From NCBI GenBank assembly GCA_046331705.1, contig JAXLQJ010000016.1, positions 62,001 to 126,000 on the forward strand: DNA of 64,000 nucleotides. Reading direction: 5' to 3'. Position numbers and translations under genes: made by a program. Below, one piece after another: positions 21,737 to 31,287 of this stretch; position 1 is the stretch's first letter, and every line of letters starts with the position of its first letter. The notes below the pieces were generated by a model that was not told the origin of the DNA, did no database searches, and saw only the letters and a list, made by a program, of their open reading frames with translations. Origin of the DNA: a bacterium. Lineage in GTDB: Bacteria > JADJOY01.

Positions 21737-22792
21737 ATGCTGGCGTCCAAGCACGGATCGTGCGCGCGAAAGCTGGGAATCGCGCTGGCGGCATGCCTCG
21801 GCGCGCTCGCGGGTGCGCGTCCAGCCCCTGCCGCCGAGCGCACCCCGATCCTGGTCTACACGGCGCTCGAGGCGGACGATCTCAAGAAGTACAAGGCGGC
21901 GTTCGAGCGGGACGTGCCCGACGTCGAGATTCGCTGGGTGCGCGATTCCACCGGCGTGGTCACCGCCAAGCTCCTGGCCGAGCGCGACAACCCGCAGGCC
22001 GACGTGGTGTGGGGGCTGGTGGCGACCAGCATCGTCGAGCTCGCGCAGAGCGGCCTGATCGAGCCGTACGCGCCGAAGGGTTTGGAGGCGGTCGGCGCCC
22101 GCTATCGCGACCCCGCCGATCCGCCCAGGTGGGTGGGCATGGAGGCGCTCGTCGCGACGGTGTGCGTGAACACGGTGGAAGCCAAGAAGCTGGGGCTGCC
22201 GACGCCGACCTCGTGGAAGGACCTCACCCAGCCGGTCTTCAAGGGCCACGTCTCCATGCCGGACCCCAGCTCCTCCGGGACCGGTCTGCTCAACGTCGCG
22301 AGCTGGCTTCAGGCCTTCGGAGACGAAGGTGGGTGGGCGTTCATGAAGGCGCTCGACGCGAACGTATCCGTCTACACCCACTCGGGCTCGAAGCCGTGCA
22401 AGGACGCGGCGATCGGCGAGACGGCGCTCGGCATCTCGTTCGATTCCCGCGGCGCGCGGCTGCGCGAGAAAGGCGCGCCGATCGAGCTGGTGTTCCCGAG
22501 TGAGGGCGTGGGCTGGGACATCGACGCGACGGCGCTGGTCAAGGGCGCCAAGCATCCGGACGCGGCGCGCAAGCTCGCGGATTGGGCCGTCACGCGTGCC
22601 GCGAACGAGGTCTACGCGCAGGGCTACGGGGTGGTTGCGATGCCGGGGGTGGCCAAGCTGCCGGATTTCGAGCCAGCGGATCTGGAAGCGCGGCTCATCC
22701 CCAACGACTTCGACTGGATCGGCAAGAACCGCAAGCGGATCCTGGCCGAGTGGCAGGCGCGCTTCGGCTCGAAGACGGAGCGCGAGCCATGA
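21737..22792 (+). CDS. phnS: 2-aminoethylphosphonate ABC transporter substrate-binding protein
   Basis: Signal peptide; VYTALE, WVRDSTGVVTAKLLAE, NPQADVVWGL, PSSSGTG, YTHSGSKPC; lies in an operon with phnW and phnX. Confidence 0.88.
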   Translation: MLASKHGSCARKLGIALAACLGALAGARPAPAAERTPILVYTALEADDLKKYKAAFERDVPDVEIRWVRDSTGVVTAKLLAERDNPQADVVWGLVATSIVELAQSGLIEPYAPKGLEAVGARYRDPADPPRWVGMEALVATVCVNTVEAKKLGLPTPTSWKDLTQPVFKGHVSMPDPSSSGTGLLNVASWLQAFGDEGGWAFMKALDANVSVYTHSGSKPCKDAAIGETALGISFDSRGARLREKGAPIELVFPSEGVGWDIDATALVKGAKHPDAARKLADWAVTRAANEVYAQGYGVVAMPGVAKLPDFEPADLEARLIPNDFDWIGKNRKRILAEWQARFGSKTEREP

Positions 22793-24033
22793 GCGCCGCC
22801 GCCGAAGCTCCGCTCCGGCGAACGGTGTCGTTCGTCGCGCCGTCGCGCGGCGGCGACGACGCGCGCGACGCGAGTGCCCCCGACGGCGCGCTCTCCGGTG
22901 CCGTGCTCGTTTCGCCGACCGTCGCGCGCACGGCCTATCTGCGGATCGAGCGGCTCTCGAAATCGTACGGCTCGTTCCAGGCGCTGCGCGCCGTCGACCT
23001 CGAGGTCTTCGAGGGCGAGCTGGTCTGCTTTCTAGGGCCGTCGGGCTGCGGCAAGACCACGCTCTTGCGCGCCATCGCCGGGCTCGCCCCTCAGGATTGC
23101 GGCAGGATCGTCCAGGCGGGGCAGGACATCTCGAGCCTGCCGCCCTCACGACGCGATTTCGGGATCGTCTTCCAGTCGTACGCGCTCTTCCCGAACCTCA
23201 CCGTCGCCCAGAACGTGGGCTACGGGCTGGCCACGCGGCGCTTGCCGCGCGCGGGGATCGAGGCGCGCGTGAAGGAGCTCCTCGAGCTGGTCGGGCTCGC
23301 CACCTCGGCGCGAAAGTTCCCGGCGCAGCTTTCGGGAGGCCAGCAACAGCGCGTGGCCCTGGCGCGCGCGTTGGCGACGTCGCCGGGGCTCTTGCTGCTG
23401 GACGAGCCGCTGAGCGCGCTCGATGCGCGGGTGCGCGCCCACCTGCGTCACGAGATCAAGCACCTCACCAAGCGCTTGCGGGTGACCACGATCCTGGTGA
23501 CCCACGATCAGGAAGAGGCGCTCGCCATGGCCGATCGCATCGTGGTCATGAACCACGGCGTCATCGAGCAAGTGGGGACGCCGCTCGAGATCTACCGCTC
23601 GCCGGCGACGCCGTTCGTCGCCGATTTCGTGGGGAAGATGAACTCGTGGCCGGGAGTGAGCGACGGCGCCGGCCGCGTCGTCGTGGGCGAGCTGCGATTC
23701 GTCGTGGACCCCCCGCTCGCGCTCGCGTCGCGCGTGCCGCGCGACGGCAACCACGGTGTGGTGCTGTGCGTGCGCCCCGAGGACGTGGTGGTCGGCGGCG
23801 CCGGCGGACAGGCGCTCGCGAACGAGTTCGCCGCAGCGATCGAAGCGCTCGATTTCCTGGGCTCGTTCGTCCGCGCGACGCTGGCCGTGCCTGGCGGCGC
23901 GGCTCCCCCGCTGGTCGCCGATCTCTCCATTCAGGTCGCCCGGGCCCTGGATCTGAGCGAAGGCCAGCGCGTGAGGGTGGCGCTTCCGCCCGAGCGGATC
24001 CAGGTCTTTCCGAGCACCACCTCGCAGGCGTGA
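22789..24033 (+). CDS. phnT: 2-AEP ABC transporter ATP-binding protein
   Basis: [28 protein letters not shown]-terminal TOBE-like region. Confidence 0.88.
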   Translation: MSAAAEAPLRRTVSFVAPSRGGDDARDASAPDGALSGAVLVSPTVARTAYLRIERLSKSYGSFQALRAVDLEVFEGELVCFLGPSGCGKTTLLRAIAGLAPQDCGRIVQAGQDISSLPPSRRDFGIVFQSYALFPNLTVAQNVGYGLATRRLPRAGIEARVKELLELVGLATSARKFPAQLSGGQQQRVALARALATSPGLLLLDEPLSALDARVRAHLRHEIKHLTKRLRVTTILVTHDQEEALAMADRIVVMNHGVIEQVGTPLEIYRSPATPFVADFVGKMNSWPGVSDGAGRVVVGELRFVVDPPLALASRVPRDGNHGVVLCVRPEDVVVGGAGGQALANEFAAAIEALDFLGSFVRATLAVPGGAAPPLVADLSIQVARALDLSEGQRVRVALPPERIQVFPSTTSQA

Positions 24034-24037
24034 GCTC

Positions 24038-25804
24038 GTGACGGCGGAGCGAGTGGCGACCGTGGACCGAGCGGCGGCAGTGGACGTGGTGAGCCCGCGC
24101 GCGCTCGTCGCTCCGCGCCGCCGGCTCGCGGCGCCGGTCCGCGTGCGGCTCACGTTCGAGGACTGGCTCCAGGGCGGCGCCGCCACCCTGGTGCTGGCGG
24201 GATTCGCCATCGCGCTCGTGTTGCCGCTCGCGCTGCTGATCGCACGCAGCTTTCTCGATTCCGACGGTGCGTTCGTCGGGCTCGCCAACTACGCTCGCTA
24301 CTTCGCGACACCCGCGCTGGCGGCGGCGATCCATCACAGCCTGGTGGTGGTGGCGCTGGCGACCGTGATCACGCTGCTCCTGGCGCTCGGGTACGCGTAC
24401 GGGCTCGCGCGGACGCGCATCCCGGGCAAGCCGTTCTTTCGAGTGGTGGCCCTGGCACCCGCGCTGGCCCCCTCGCTCTTGCCGGCGATCTCGTTCGTCT
24501 ACCTCTTCGGCAAGCAGGGTCTCCTGCGCGCGTGGATGGGTGGAGCGTCGATCTACGGTCCGATCGGGATCGTGGCGGGCCTCGTGTTCTACGTGTTTCC
24601 CGCGGCGGTGATGATGATCGGCACCGCGCTCTCCACCGCCGATCAGCGGCTCTACGAGGCGGCGGAGTCGCTCGGCGCGGGGCCGGTGCGCACGTTCTTC
24701 ACGGTGACGCTGCCGGGGATGCGCTACGGGCTGGTGAGCGCGATGCTCGTGCTCTTCACGCTCACGCTCACCGATTTCGGCGTGGCGAAGGTGATCGGCG
24801 CGAGCTACGGCGTCCTCGCCACGGACATCTACAAGCAGGTGGTGGGACAGCAGGACTTCCAGATGGGCGCCGTCGTGAGCGTGGTGCTGCTGGTGCCGGC
24901 GGTGCTCGCGTTCGTCCTGGATCGCGTGCTTCAGAGGCGCCAGGCGGCGCTGGTGTCGGCGCGCTCGGTGCCCTACGAGGTGCGGGCGAATCGTGTGCGG
25001 GACGGATTCTTCCTGGCGGCGTGCACGCTGATCGCGGGGGCGATCGTCGGCGTGATCGGCGTCGCGGCGTATGCGTCGTTCGTGCGTCTGTGGCCGTACG
25101 ACCTGAGCCTGGTCCTCGACAACTACCGCTTCGATCTCGTGGACGGAGGAGGCTGGGCGGCGTTCCGTTCGAGCCTCGAGCTCGCGTTCTCCACGGCGAT
25201 CGTCGGGACGATCGTGATCTTCGTGGGCGCGTACCTGGTGGAGAAGGCGCGCGGGCTCGAGGGACCGCGTGCGCTGATCCAGCTGCTCGCGGTGATCCCG
25301 CTGGCCGTGCCTGGCGTGGTGCTCGGTCTCGCCTACGTCTTCTTCTTCAACTCGCCCGCGAACCCGCTGCACGGGCTCTACCGAACGATGCCGTTGCTCG
25401 TGATCTGCACCGTGGTCCACTTCTACAGCGTCGGGCACATGACGGCGGTGACCGCGCTCAAGCAGCTCGATCCCGAGCTCGAGGCGGTCTCGGCGTCGCT
25501 CCAGGTGCCGTTCTACCGAACCGTGTGGCGCGTGACCGTGCCGCTCACGCTGCCCGCGCTGCTCGACATCGGCATGCTGCTCTTCGCCAACGCGATGACC
25601 ACGGTCTCTGCGCTGGTGTTCCTCTACGGTCCGGATACCCAGCTCGCGTCGGTGGCGGTGCTCAACATGGACGACGCCGGCGACACGGCGCCCGCCGCGG
25701 CCATGGCCCTGGTGATCGTGCTCACCTCCGTGGCGGTGCGCGCGCTGCACGGCCTGGCGGCGCGTTGGTTGGTGCGCCGAACCCAAGCCTGGAAGGCTCG
25801 ATGA
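24038..25804 (+). CDS. 2-AEP ABC transporter permease (fused two-domain)
   Basis: Two EAA loops ([16 protein letters not shown]), about 12 TM segments, [15 protein letters not shown]. Confidence 0.9.
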   Translation: MTAERVATVDRAAAVDVVSPRALVAPRRRLAAPVRVRLTFEDWLQGGAATLVLAGFAIALVLPLALLIARSFLDSDGAFVGLANYARYFATPALAAAIHHSLVVVALATVITLLLALGYAYGLARTRIPGKPFFRVVALAPALAPSLLPAISFVYLFGKQGLLRAWMGGASIYGPIGIVAGLVFYVFPAAVMMIGTALSTADQRLYEAAESLGAGPVRTFFTVTLPGMRYGLVSAMLVLFTLTLTDFGVAKVIGASYGVLATDIYKQVVGQQDFQMGAVVSVVLLVPAVLAFVLDRVLQRRQAALVSARSVPYEVRANRVRDGFFLAACTLIAGAIVGVIGVAAYASFVRLWPYDLSLVLDNYRFDLVDGGGWAAFRSSLELAFSTAIVGTIVIFVGAYLVEKARGLEGPRALIQLLAVIPLAVPGVVLGLAYVFFFNSPANPLHGLYRTMPLLVICTVVHFYSVGHMTAVTALKQLDPELEAVSASLQVPFYRTVWRVTVPLTLPALLDIGMLLFANAMTTVSALVFLYGPDTQLASVAVLNMDDAGDTAPAAAMALVIVLTSVAVRALHGLAARWLVRRTQAWKAR

Positions 25805-27003
25805 ACGATCTCACGGATGTCCAAGACACACCGGCTCACGCCGCGTCGCCACCCGCGGAGCGCGGCGAAGCACGCGATCCGTGGCTCCTCACGCCGGGGC
25901 CGCTCACCACGTCCACGTCGGTCAAGGCCGCGATGCTCCACGATTGGGGCTCGCGCGACGCCTCGTTCATCGCCATGACGGCCCGGGTGCGCGCCCGTCT
26001 CACGGCGCTAGTGCACGCCACGAGCACCCACGAGTGTGTGCCCATCCAGGGCAGCGGCACGTTCGTGGTAGAGGCGACGCTCGGCACGCTCGTGCCTCGC
26101 GACGGCAAGGCGCTGGTGCTGGTGAACGGAGCGTACGGCGAGCGAATCGCCGAGATCCTCGCTCGCATCGGCAGGCGCGTCGCGACGCTCGAATGGGAGG
26201 AGTCGGCGCCTGTCGATCCGCTGCGGGTCGACGTGACGCTCGCGGACGACCTCGCGATCACGCACGTGGTCGTCGTCCATTGCGAGACCACCACCGGGCT
26301 CTTGAACCCGCTTCCGGAAGTCGCGGCCGTGGTCGCGCGCCACGGGCGGCGGTTGATCGTGGACGCGATGAGCGCGTTCGGCGCCCTCGAGGTCGACGCG
26401 CGATCCACTCCGTTCGACGCGCTGGTCGCGTCCTCGAACAAGTGTCTGGAAGGGGTGCCCGGCATCGGCTTCGCGATCGTGCGTCGCGACGCGCTCGCCG
26501 CCGCATCCGGCCAGGCGCATTCGGTGGCCCTCGATCTGCACGCCCAGTGGCGAGGGCTGGAGGCGAACGGTCAATGGCGCTTCACGCCGCCGACCCACGT
26601 GCTCGCGGCGCTCGACCGCGCGATCGAGGAGCACGTGCTGGAGGGAGGCGTGGCGGGGCGTGGCGCGCGCTATCGCGCCAACTGCGCGGCGCTGGTGACG
26701 GGCATGCGCGCGCTCGGTTTCGAGACCTTCCTGCCCGACGCGTTGCAGGCCCCGATCATCGTCACCTTTCACCGTCCCGCCGATCCCCGATTCGACTTCG
26801 AGGCGTTCTACGGAGCGCTTCGCCGGCGCGGGTTCGTGATCTATCCCGGCAAGCTCACGCAGGCATCGACCTTCCGCATGGGCTGCATCGGCCGAATCGG
26901 CCCGATCGAGATCGGCGCTGCCGTGGCCGCCGTGCGCGAGTCGCTCGCCGAGCTCGGGGTCGCGAGCGGCCGTGCCCGGACCGAGCTCGCTTCCCACGCG
27001 TGA
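25801..27003 (+). CDS. phnW: 2-aminoethylphosphonate-pyruvate transaminase
   Basis: [60 protein letters not shown]. Confidence 0.96.
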   Translation: MNDLTDVQDTPAHAASPPAERGEARDPWLLTPGPLTTSTSVKAAMLHDWGSRDASFIAMTARVRARLTALVHATSTHECVPIQGSGTFVVEATLGTLVPRDGKALVLVNGAYGERIAEILARIGRRVATLEWEESAPVDPLRVDVTLADDLAITHVVVVHCETTTGLLNPLPEVAAVVARHGRRLIVDAMSAFGALEVDARSTPFDALVASSNKCLEGVPGIGFAIVRRDALAAASGQAHSVALDLHAQWRGLEANGQWRFTPPTHVLAALDRAIEEHVLEGGVAGRGARYRANCAALVTGMRALGFETFLPDALQAPIIVTFHRPADPRFDFEAFYGALRRRGFVIYPGKLTQASTFRMGCIGRIGPIEIGAAVAAVRESLAELGVASGRARTELASHA

Positions 27004-27062
27004 CGAGATCGTCGCCGTCCGGGCAACGAATCCTCACCGACGCCGATCATCCTGGAGACGTC

Positions 27063-27884
27063 ATGAGCACGCACCCGTATCGCGGCCCGGTCCGCGCCGT
27101 CATCTTCGATTGGGCGGGCACCGTCGTGGACTTCGGCTCGCGCGCGCCCGCGATCGCGTTCCAGCAGGTGTTCGCCGCCGAGGGCGTACCGATCACCCTC
27201 GACGAGGCGCGCGTTCCCATGGGCATGGGCAAGCGCGATCACATTCGCGCCGTGAGTCGCCTCGCGAGTGTCGCGGAGCGCTGGCGCCGCGCGCGCGGAG
27301 CGCCGTGCGAGGAGCTCGACGTCGATCGCATGTACGCGAGCTTCGTGCCGATCCAGATCGCCTGCCTCGCCGCCCACGCGGACCTCGTTCCGGGCACGCT
27401 CGAGACCGTGGCCGCGTTGCGCGCGCGCGGCATCCGGATCGGCAGCACCACCGGCTACAGCCGCGAGATGATGGACGTGCTCGTGCCAGAAGCGTCGCGC
27501 CGCGGCTTCGCGCCCGACGCGGTGGCGTGCGCGAGCGACGTGGTGGAGGCGCGCCCGTCGCCGCTCATGTGCTACCGGGCGGCGCTCGATCTCGGGGTGT
27601 GGCCGCTCGCGGCGTGCATCAAGGTCGACGACACGCTCCCTGGCATCGACGAAGGACTGAACGCGGGCATGTGGACCGTGGGTGTCACGTTGTCGGGCAA
27701 CGAGCTCGGCTTGGACGCCGACGAGGTGTCTCGACTCCCGGCGTCGGATCTCGACGTGTGGCGCAAGCGCGCCGAGCGCCGCATGCTCGACGCCGGCGCG
27801 CATTTCGTCATCGACGGAGTGGGCGATCTCGTGCGCTGCGTCGACGACGTGGCGCGTCGCCTCGCGGCGGGAGAGCGTCCGTGA
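27063..27884 (+). CDS. phnX: Phosphonoacetaldehyde hydrolase (phosphonatase)
   Basis: FDWAGTVVDFGS, PMGMGKRDHI (Schiff-base Lys), STTGY, KVDDT.PGI.EG.NAGMW. Confidence 0.96.
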   Translation: MSTHPYRGPVRAVIFDWAGTVVDFGSRAPAIAFQQVFAAEGVPITLDEARVPMGMGKRDHIRAVSRLASVAERWRRARGAPCEELDVDRMYASFVPIQIACLAAHADLVPGTLETVAALRARGIRIGSTTGYSREMMDVLVPEASRRGFAPDAVACASDVVEARPSPLMCYRAALDLGVWPLAACIKVDDTLPGIDEGLNAGMWTVGVTLSGNELGLDADEVSRLPASDLDVWRKRAERRMLDAGAHFVIDGVGDLVRCVDDVARRLAAGERP

Positions 27885-28456
27885 ACGCGGCCGCGAGGGC
27901 CGGCGCCGAGATCCGCGCGCTCTTCGCCGAGCGCGGCTCGCGCGCCTATTTCGGCGAGCCGGTGACGCAGCTCGACCACGCGCTTCAGACCGCGTGGCTT
28001 GCCGAGCGCTCGGGGGCGTCGAGCGCGCTGATCGTGGCGGCGCTCTGTCACGACGTCGGGCATCTGCTGCACGCCCACGGCGAAGCGTGCGCGGACGAAG
28101 GAGTCGACAGTCACCACGAAGCGCTGGGCGGCAAGTTCCTGGGCGAGCGATTCGGCCGCGAGGTGGCCGAGCCCGTCGCTCTGCACGTCGCCGCCAAGCG
28201 CTTCCTGTGCGCCAAGAGCCGCGACTACGCACGGTCCCTCTCGCAGGCCTCGCGCGCGAGCCTCGATCTCCAGGGCGGACCGATGTCGCCGTGGGAAGCG
28301 GAGCGCTTCGCCAACAAGCCGTTCGCGGGCGATGCCGTGGCGCTGCGCCGCTGGGACGACGCGGCGAAGGCGGTCGGGCTCGCGACCCCGAGCCTCGACC
28401 ATTTCCTCCGGCACGTGGACGAGTGTCTGCCGAGCCGTCTCGCCGCGCACGGGTGA
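27881..28456 (+). CDS. phnZ: HD-domain phosphonate oxygenase
   Basis: YFGEPVTQLDHALQ, LCHDVGH, HE..G, LHVAAKR, LSQAS..SL..QGG.M, LRRWDD.AK. Confidence 0.88.
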   Translation: MNAAARAGAEIRALFAERGSRAYFGEPVTQLDHALQTAWLAERSGASSALIVAALCHDVGHLLHAHGEACADEGVDSHHEALGGKFLGERFGREVAEPVALHVAAKRFLCAKSRDYARSLSQASRASLDLQGGPMSPWEAERFANKPFAGDAVALRRWDDAAKAVGLATPSLDHFLRHVDECLPSRLAAHG

Positions 28457-28559
28457 GCCGAGACGGTACGCATGTCGACGGGTCGCAAGCTCGGGCGAAC
28501 GAGCGCGCGCGGCGGATCGCCGAGATCGTTCGAGTGAAGCGCGCTGGCGGAGCCAAGAC

Positions 28560-28883
28560 ATGACGATCGTGAAAGAGGCGCAGTCCAGCCGCGTTTCGGC
28601 GGCGCTCGATCGAGCGGAAGCACGGCCGGTCGCGCACGACCTGCCGCTCGAGCACGACGAGCGGCTCAGGCGAGCCCTCGAATCCGAGGTGGAGAAGCTC
28701 GTCGACGAGTTCGGGGCGGTGCTGCCGCCGAGCGTGGTCGAGAGCGAGTTTGCGGTCTGCGTGCGCTCGTTCGAGAGCGCGCGGATTCGGATCTACGTGC
28801 CGGTGCTCAGCTACCGGAACGCGCGCCAGGCCCTGCGTCAGCGCGCCATCGGCACGCCCGACCCACCGAAGCGAACCGGCTGA
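28560..28883 (+). CDS. Small stand-alone three-helix-bundle protein (DUF3562 / ArsC N-terminal-like)
   Basis: L..EF...LP...V......ARIRIYVPVL..R.AR..L pattern; similarity recalled, not searched. Confidence 0.55.
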   Translation: MTIVKEAQSSRVSAALDRAEARPVAHDLPLEHDERLRRALESEVEKLVDEFGAVLPPSVVESEFAVCVRSFESARIRIYVPVLSYRNARQALRQRAIGTPDPPKRTG

Positions 28884-29050
28884 GCGGTGACGAGGTCGTT
28901 CGCCCGCGCGCTCCACGCGAGTGTGCACGGAGCGCCGCGCGTTGGTCCGGCGGCGCCATGCGCAACGCCCACTCGTCGCGAAATCATGGAGGATTTCACA
29001 GGCGTGTCGCTTGCAACCGAAGGAGGTGCAGCGCCGAAAGGAGCGACGAC

Positions 29051-29377
29051 ATGGAAAACCAGCATCGGCTCACGGCCAGCCCGAAGTCGTTCGACTATTT
29101 CCGGGTGCACGCACGCTGTGCGGAATGCGGGCGCTCCGAAGATCAACACACGATACGAACGTGGTGGAGCGCGCCCAACCGCACGACGGGCTGGGACGCG
29201 CCGAGTACCTCGGGGTCGGTCCTCGCGATCGGCGCCGCGCTGCCGCGCTTGAGCCGGTTGCCGACCGACTACCGCGGTGAGTCGCGCTGCGGCGCGTGCG
29301 GCACCACCTTGCGCTGGGCGATTCGTTCCGCTCGTGGTCGCGTCATGGCCATCCGACCGGTGGATCGAGCGGCCTGA
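29051..29377 (+). CDS. Small hypothetical protein with two CxxC motifs (putative Zn-binding)
   Basis: Strong AAAGGAG RBS 8 nt before ATG; CAEC and CGAC motifs. Confidence 0.55.
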   Translation: MENQHRLTASPKSFDYFRVHARCAECGRSEDQHTIRTWWSAPNRTTGWDAPSTSGSVLAIGAALPRLSRLPTDYRGESRCGACGTTLRWAIRSARGRVMAIRPVDRAA

Positions 29378-29653
29378 GGCATCCGCGCGGCGGGCGAACG
29401 CCGCTCGTGGTCGTGGGGTGCGGCGCGGAGCGCGCGTTCGCAAGTGCTGTGGGCGGTCGCGCGGGCCGACCGAGGGGCGGCTCCACCGTTCCGTCCGCGA
29501 CGTGCGCGCCCGATGCGAGCGCGGCGGACACGGCGTCACGATCACCTGTCGCGTTGGTCACGGACGCGACCCGTTGGCGACGCCGCGCGGCGCGATGCTC
29601 CGCCGAGACGCGTCGTGCGCCCGTGGTTTTCCCGATCGAAGAGGACGCTCCAC

Positions 29654-30115
29654 GTGAGCCGTTCCGCAGCAGTGGCAATGGTTGGAGACGTGGTCGAAGT
29701 CGGTGTCTGTGCGGCCGCCCGCACCGTGGAAGGGGCGACCGCCGTCGGATTGGAGGTCACCGTGAGGATCATCGTGAGCTTGGCGCGGCTTCGAGAGCGC
29801 CTTCGAAACGAACGAGAAGCAATGCCGGACCGGCCCGGATTGCGGCTGATTCGCGGCGGCGCCGCGCGCTCGGTCGAGGGCGGGGCACGGCGGCGCGCGC
29901 TGCGGAGCGCTGCGCGTCTCGAGAGCGGGCTGCCGCCGAGTCGGCCGGCCGTGCGCCGCTCCCGCGCCGACGGCAGCGCTCGGCTCTGGGTCATCCGGGG
30001 AGGTCGCGAGGACGGCGCCGACGCGCCGCGGGCCGAGCAGGAGCAGGCGCGGGGGTCGGCCGCGAGCGCGCTCGGCATGCGCGCTGCGCGCGATCGCTCG
30101 CCGTCTCGCGAATGA
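29654..30115 (+). CDS. Hypothetical protein with two LxxIRGG motifs
   Basis: GAGG RBS before GTG; LRLIRGG and LWVIRGG. Confidence 0.35.
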   Translation: MSRSAAVAMVGDVVEVGVCAAARTVEGATAVGLEVTVRIIVSLARLRERLRNEREAMPDRPGLRLIRGGAARSVEGGARRRALRSAARLESGLPPSRPAVRRSRADGSARLWVIRGGREDGADAPRAEQEQARGSAASALGMRAARDRSPSRE

Positions 30116-30151
30116 GCCCGCCCGCGGCCGCGGGCCGTGGCTCGCGCGGGG

Positions 30152-31171
30152 TCACAAGACTCCGCAGGTGCCGGTCTCGGGCGCGGTGTCGATGGGGCGG
30201 GGCTCGCCGTCGTAGCTCCAGGTGGCGGCGCAGGTCGTGGGCACCTTGGGTTTGCCGGCGTCGAGCTCGCGCACGGCGCCGGACTTCGCGTCGAGCTCGA
30301 GGAGCGTGAAGTTGTCGTCGTCGTAGCGCGTGGCGCCGATGAGCGTGTGGCCGAAGCCGTAGTAGCCGCTGAGCGGGATCCAGCGATGGGTATGCCCCGA
30401 GAACGTGTGCTTCACGTTGGTGTTGCGCATCACCAGCGAGAGCAGGTCGGGGTGCGAGGTGCCCGGGGCCTCGCCGAGGTCGGTGACCAGCAGCGTGTGG
30501 TGGGTGAGGACGATCGTGGGCAAACCGTCGGCGATCTGGGATTCGAGCCACGCGAGCTGCGTCTCGCCGTACGACGCCAGCCCGGTCTCGCAGCGCGGGT
30601 TGCCCGGCTCCCAGGTGGGCCCGAGCATTCCGTTGGCGAGCAGCAACCGCCAGCCCTTCTCGGTGACGGCCTGATACGGCGGCTGGTGGAAGAACTCCTC
30701 GAAGAGCCGCGCCGAGAGCTCGCGCGCGAACGAATCGGATCCCGAGCAGTCCACCGAATAGTCGTGGTTGCCCCACACGAAGTACACGGGGATCTCGAAT
30801 CCGGCGTAGATCGCCGCCGCCCGTGAGAACGCGGTCTCCTCGCGTTGGTAGGACTCGAGATCCGGGAAGACGTAGCCGTCGTGGGTGACGTCGCCGAGCA
30901 CCACGGCGAGGTCGGGACGCGGCCGGATCGCGTTGATCTTGTCGCGCGCCGTGGCGATGCGCTCGGCGGTGCGCACGATGCTCTCGTTGTCGAGGTTGCC
31001 GTTCTCGCTGCAACACACGTACTGCGGCCCGATCACGTGGGAATCGGCGAGGAGCACGATCCGCAGAGGCGCGCTGGGACCGGACTCGCTCCCCGAGCAG
31101 CTCGCCGCGACGATCGCGAGCACGACCCACCATCTCCCCGTGAACGAACCTGCGGCATCACGCGGCTTCAT
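30152..31171 (-). CDS. Calcineurin-like metallophosphoesterase lipoprotein
   Basis: Lipobox AASC; DSH, GD, GNHD, THH, GHTH motifs. Confidence 0.9.
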   Translation of the reverse strand: MKPRDAAGSFTGRWWVVLAIVAASCSGSESGPSAPLRIVLLADSHVIGPQYVCCSENGNLDNESIVRTAERIATARDKINAIRPRPDLAVVLGDVTHDGYVFPDLESYQREETAFSRAAAIYAGFEIPVYFVWGNHDYSVDCSGSDSFARELSARLFEEFFHQPPYQAVTEKGWRLLLANGMLGPTWEPGNPRCETGLASYGETQLAWLESQIADGLPTIVLTHHTLLVTDLGEAPGTSHPDLLSLVMRNTNVKHTFSGHTHRWIPLSGYYGFGHTLIGATRYDDDNFTLLELDAKSGAVRELDAGKPKVPTTCAATWSYDGEPRPIDTAPETGTCGVL

Positions 31172-31210
31172 CGACGTTCGTTCTCCGGGCGCCGTGAGCG
31201 CGCGCCGATT

Positions 31211-31239
31211 CCGTCACCGATCCGTCGCAGCGTCGTCGC
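31211..31239 (+). promoter_or_regulatory. Candidate Pho box upstream of the phosphoesterase
   Basis: CCGTCAC-N4-CCGTCGC-N4-TCGTCGC, 11-bp period. Confidence 0.4.
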
Positions 31240-31287
31240 GGATCGACACGGACGCTTCACGGTGACCGCGCAACATGCCGCGTCATC

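Noticed and set aside
18961-21843. Very long alternative-frame ORFs (960 aa here; also 49830-53066, 47929-50007, 40492-42600, 23561-25786 and others)
   Set aside because: These are Arg/Ala/Gly/Pro-rich shadow ORFs overlapping well-supported genes, expected from stop-codon scarcity at high GC.
24532-28456. Apparent long N-terminal extensions or fusions of PhnW, PhnX and PhnZ in the ORF track (also the 939-aa NAD kinase ORF)
   Set aside because: The extensions are off-frame read-through of upstream genes; true starts sit at stop/start overlaps or RBSs.
29005-29050. Glycine riboswitch, suggested by CCGAAGGAG and GCCGAAAGGAG
   Set aside because: It lacks the GGAGA and CTCTCAGG conserved elements; reported instead as an unclassified/CsrA-like leader.
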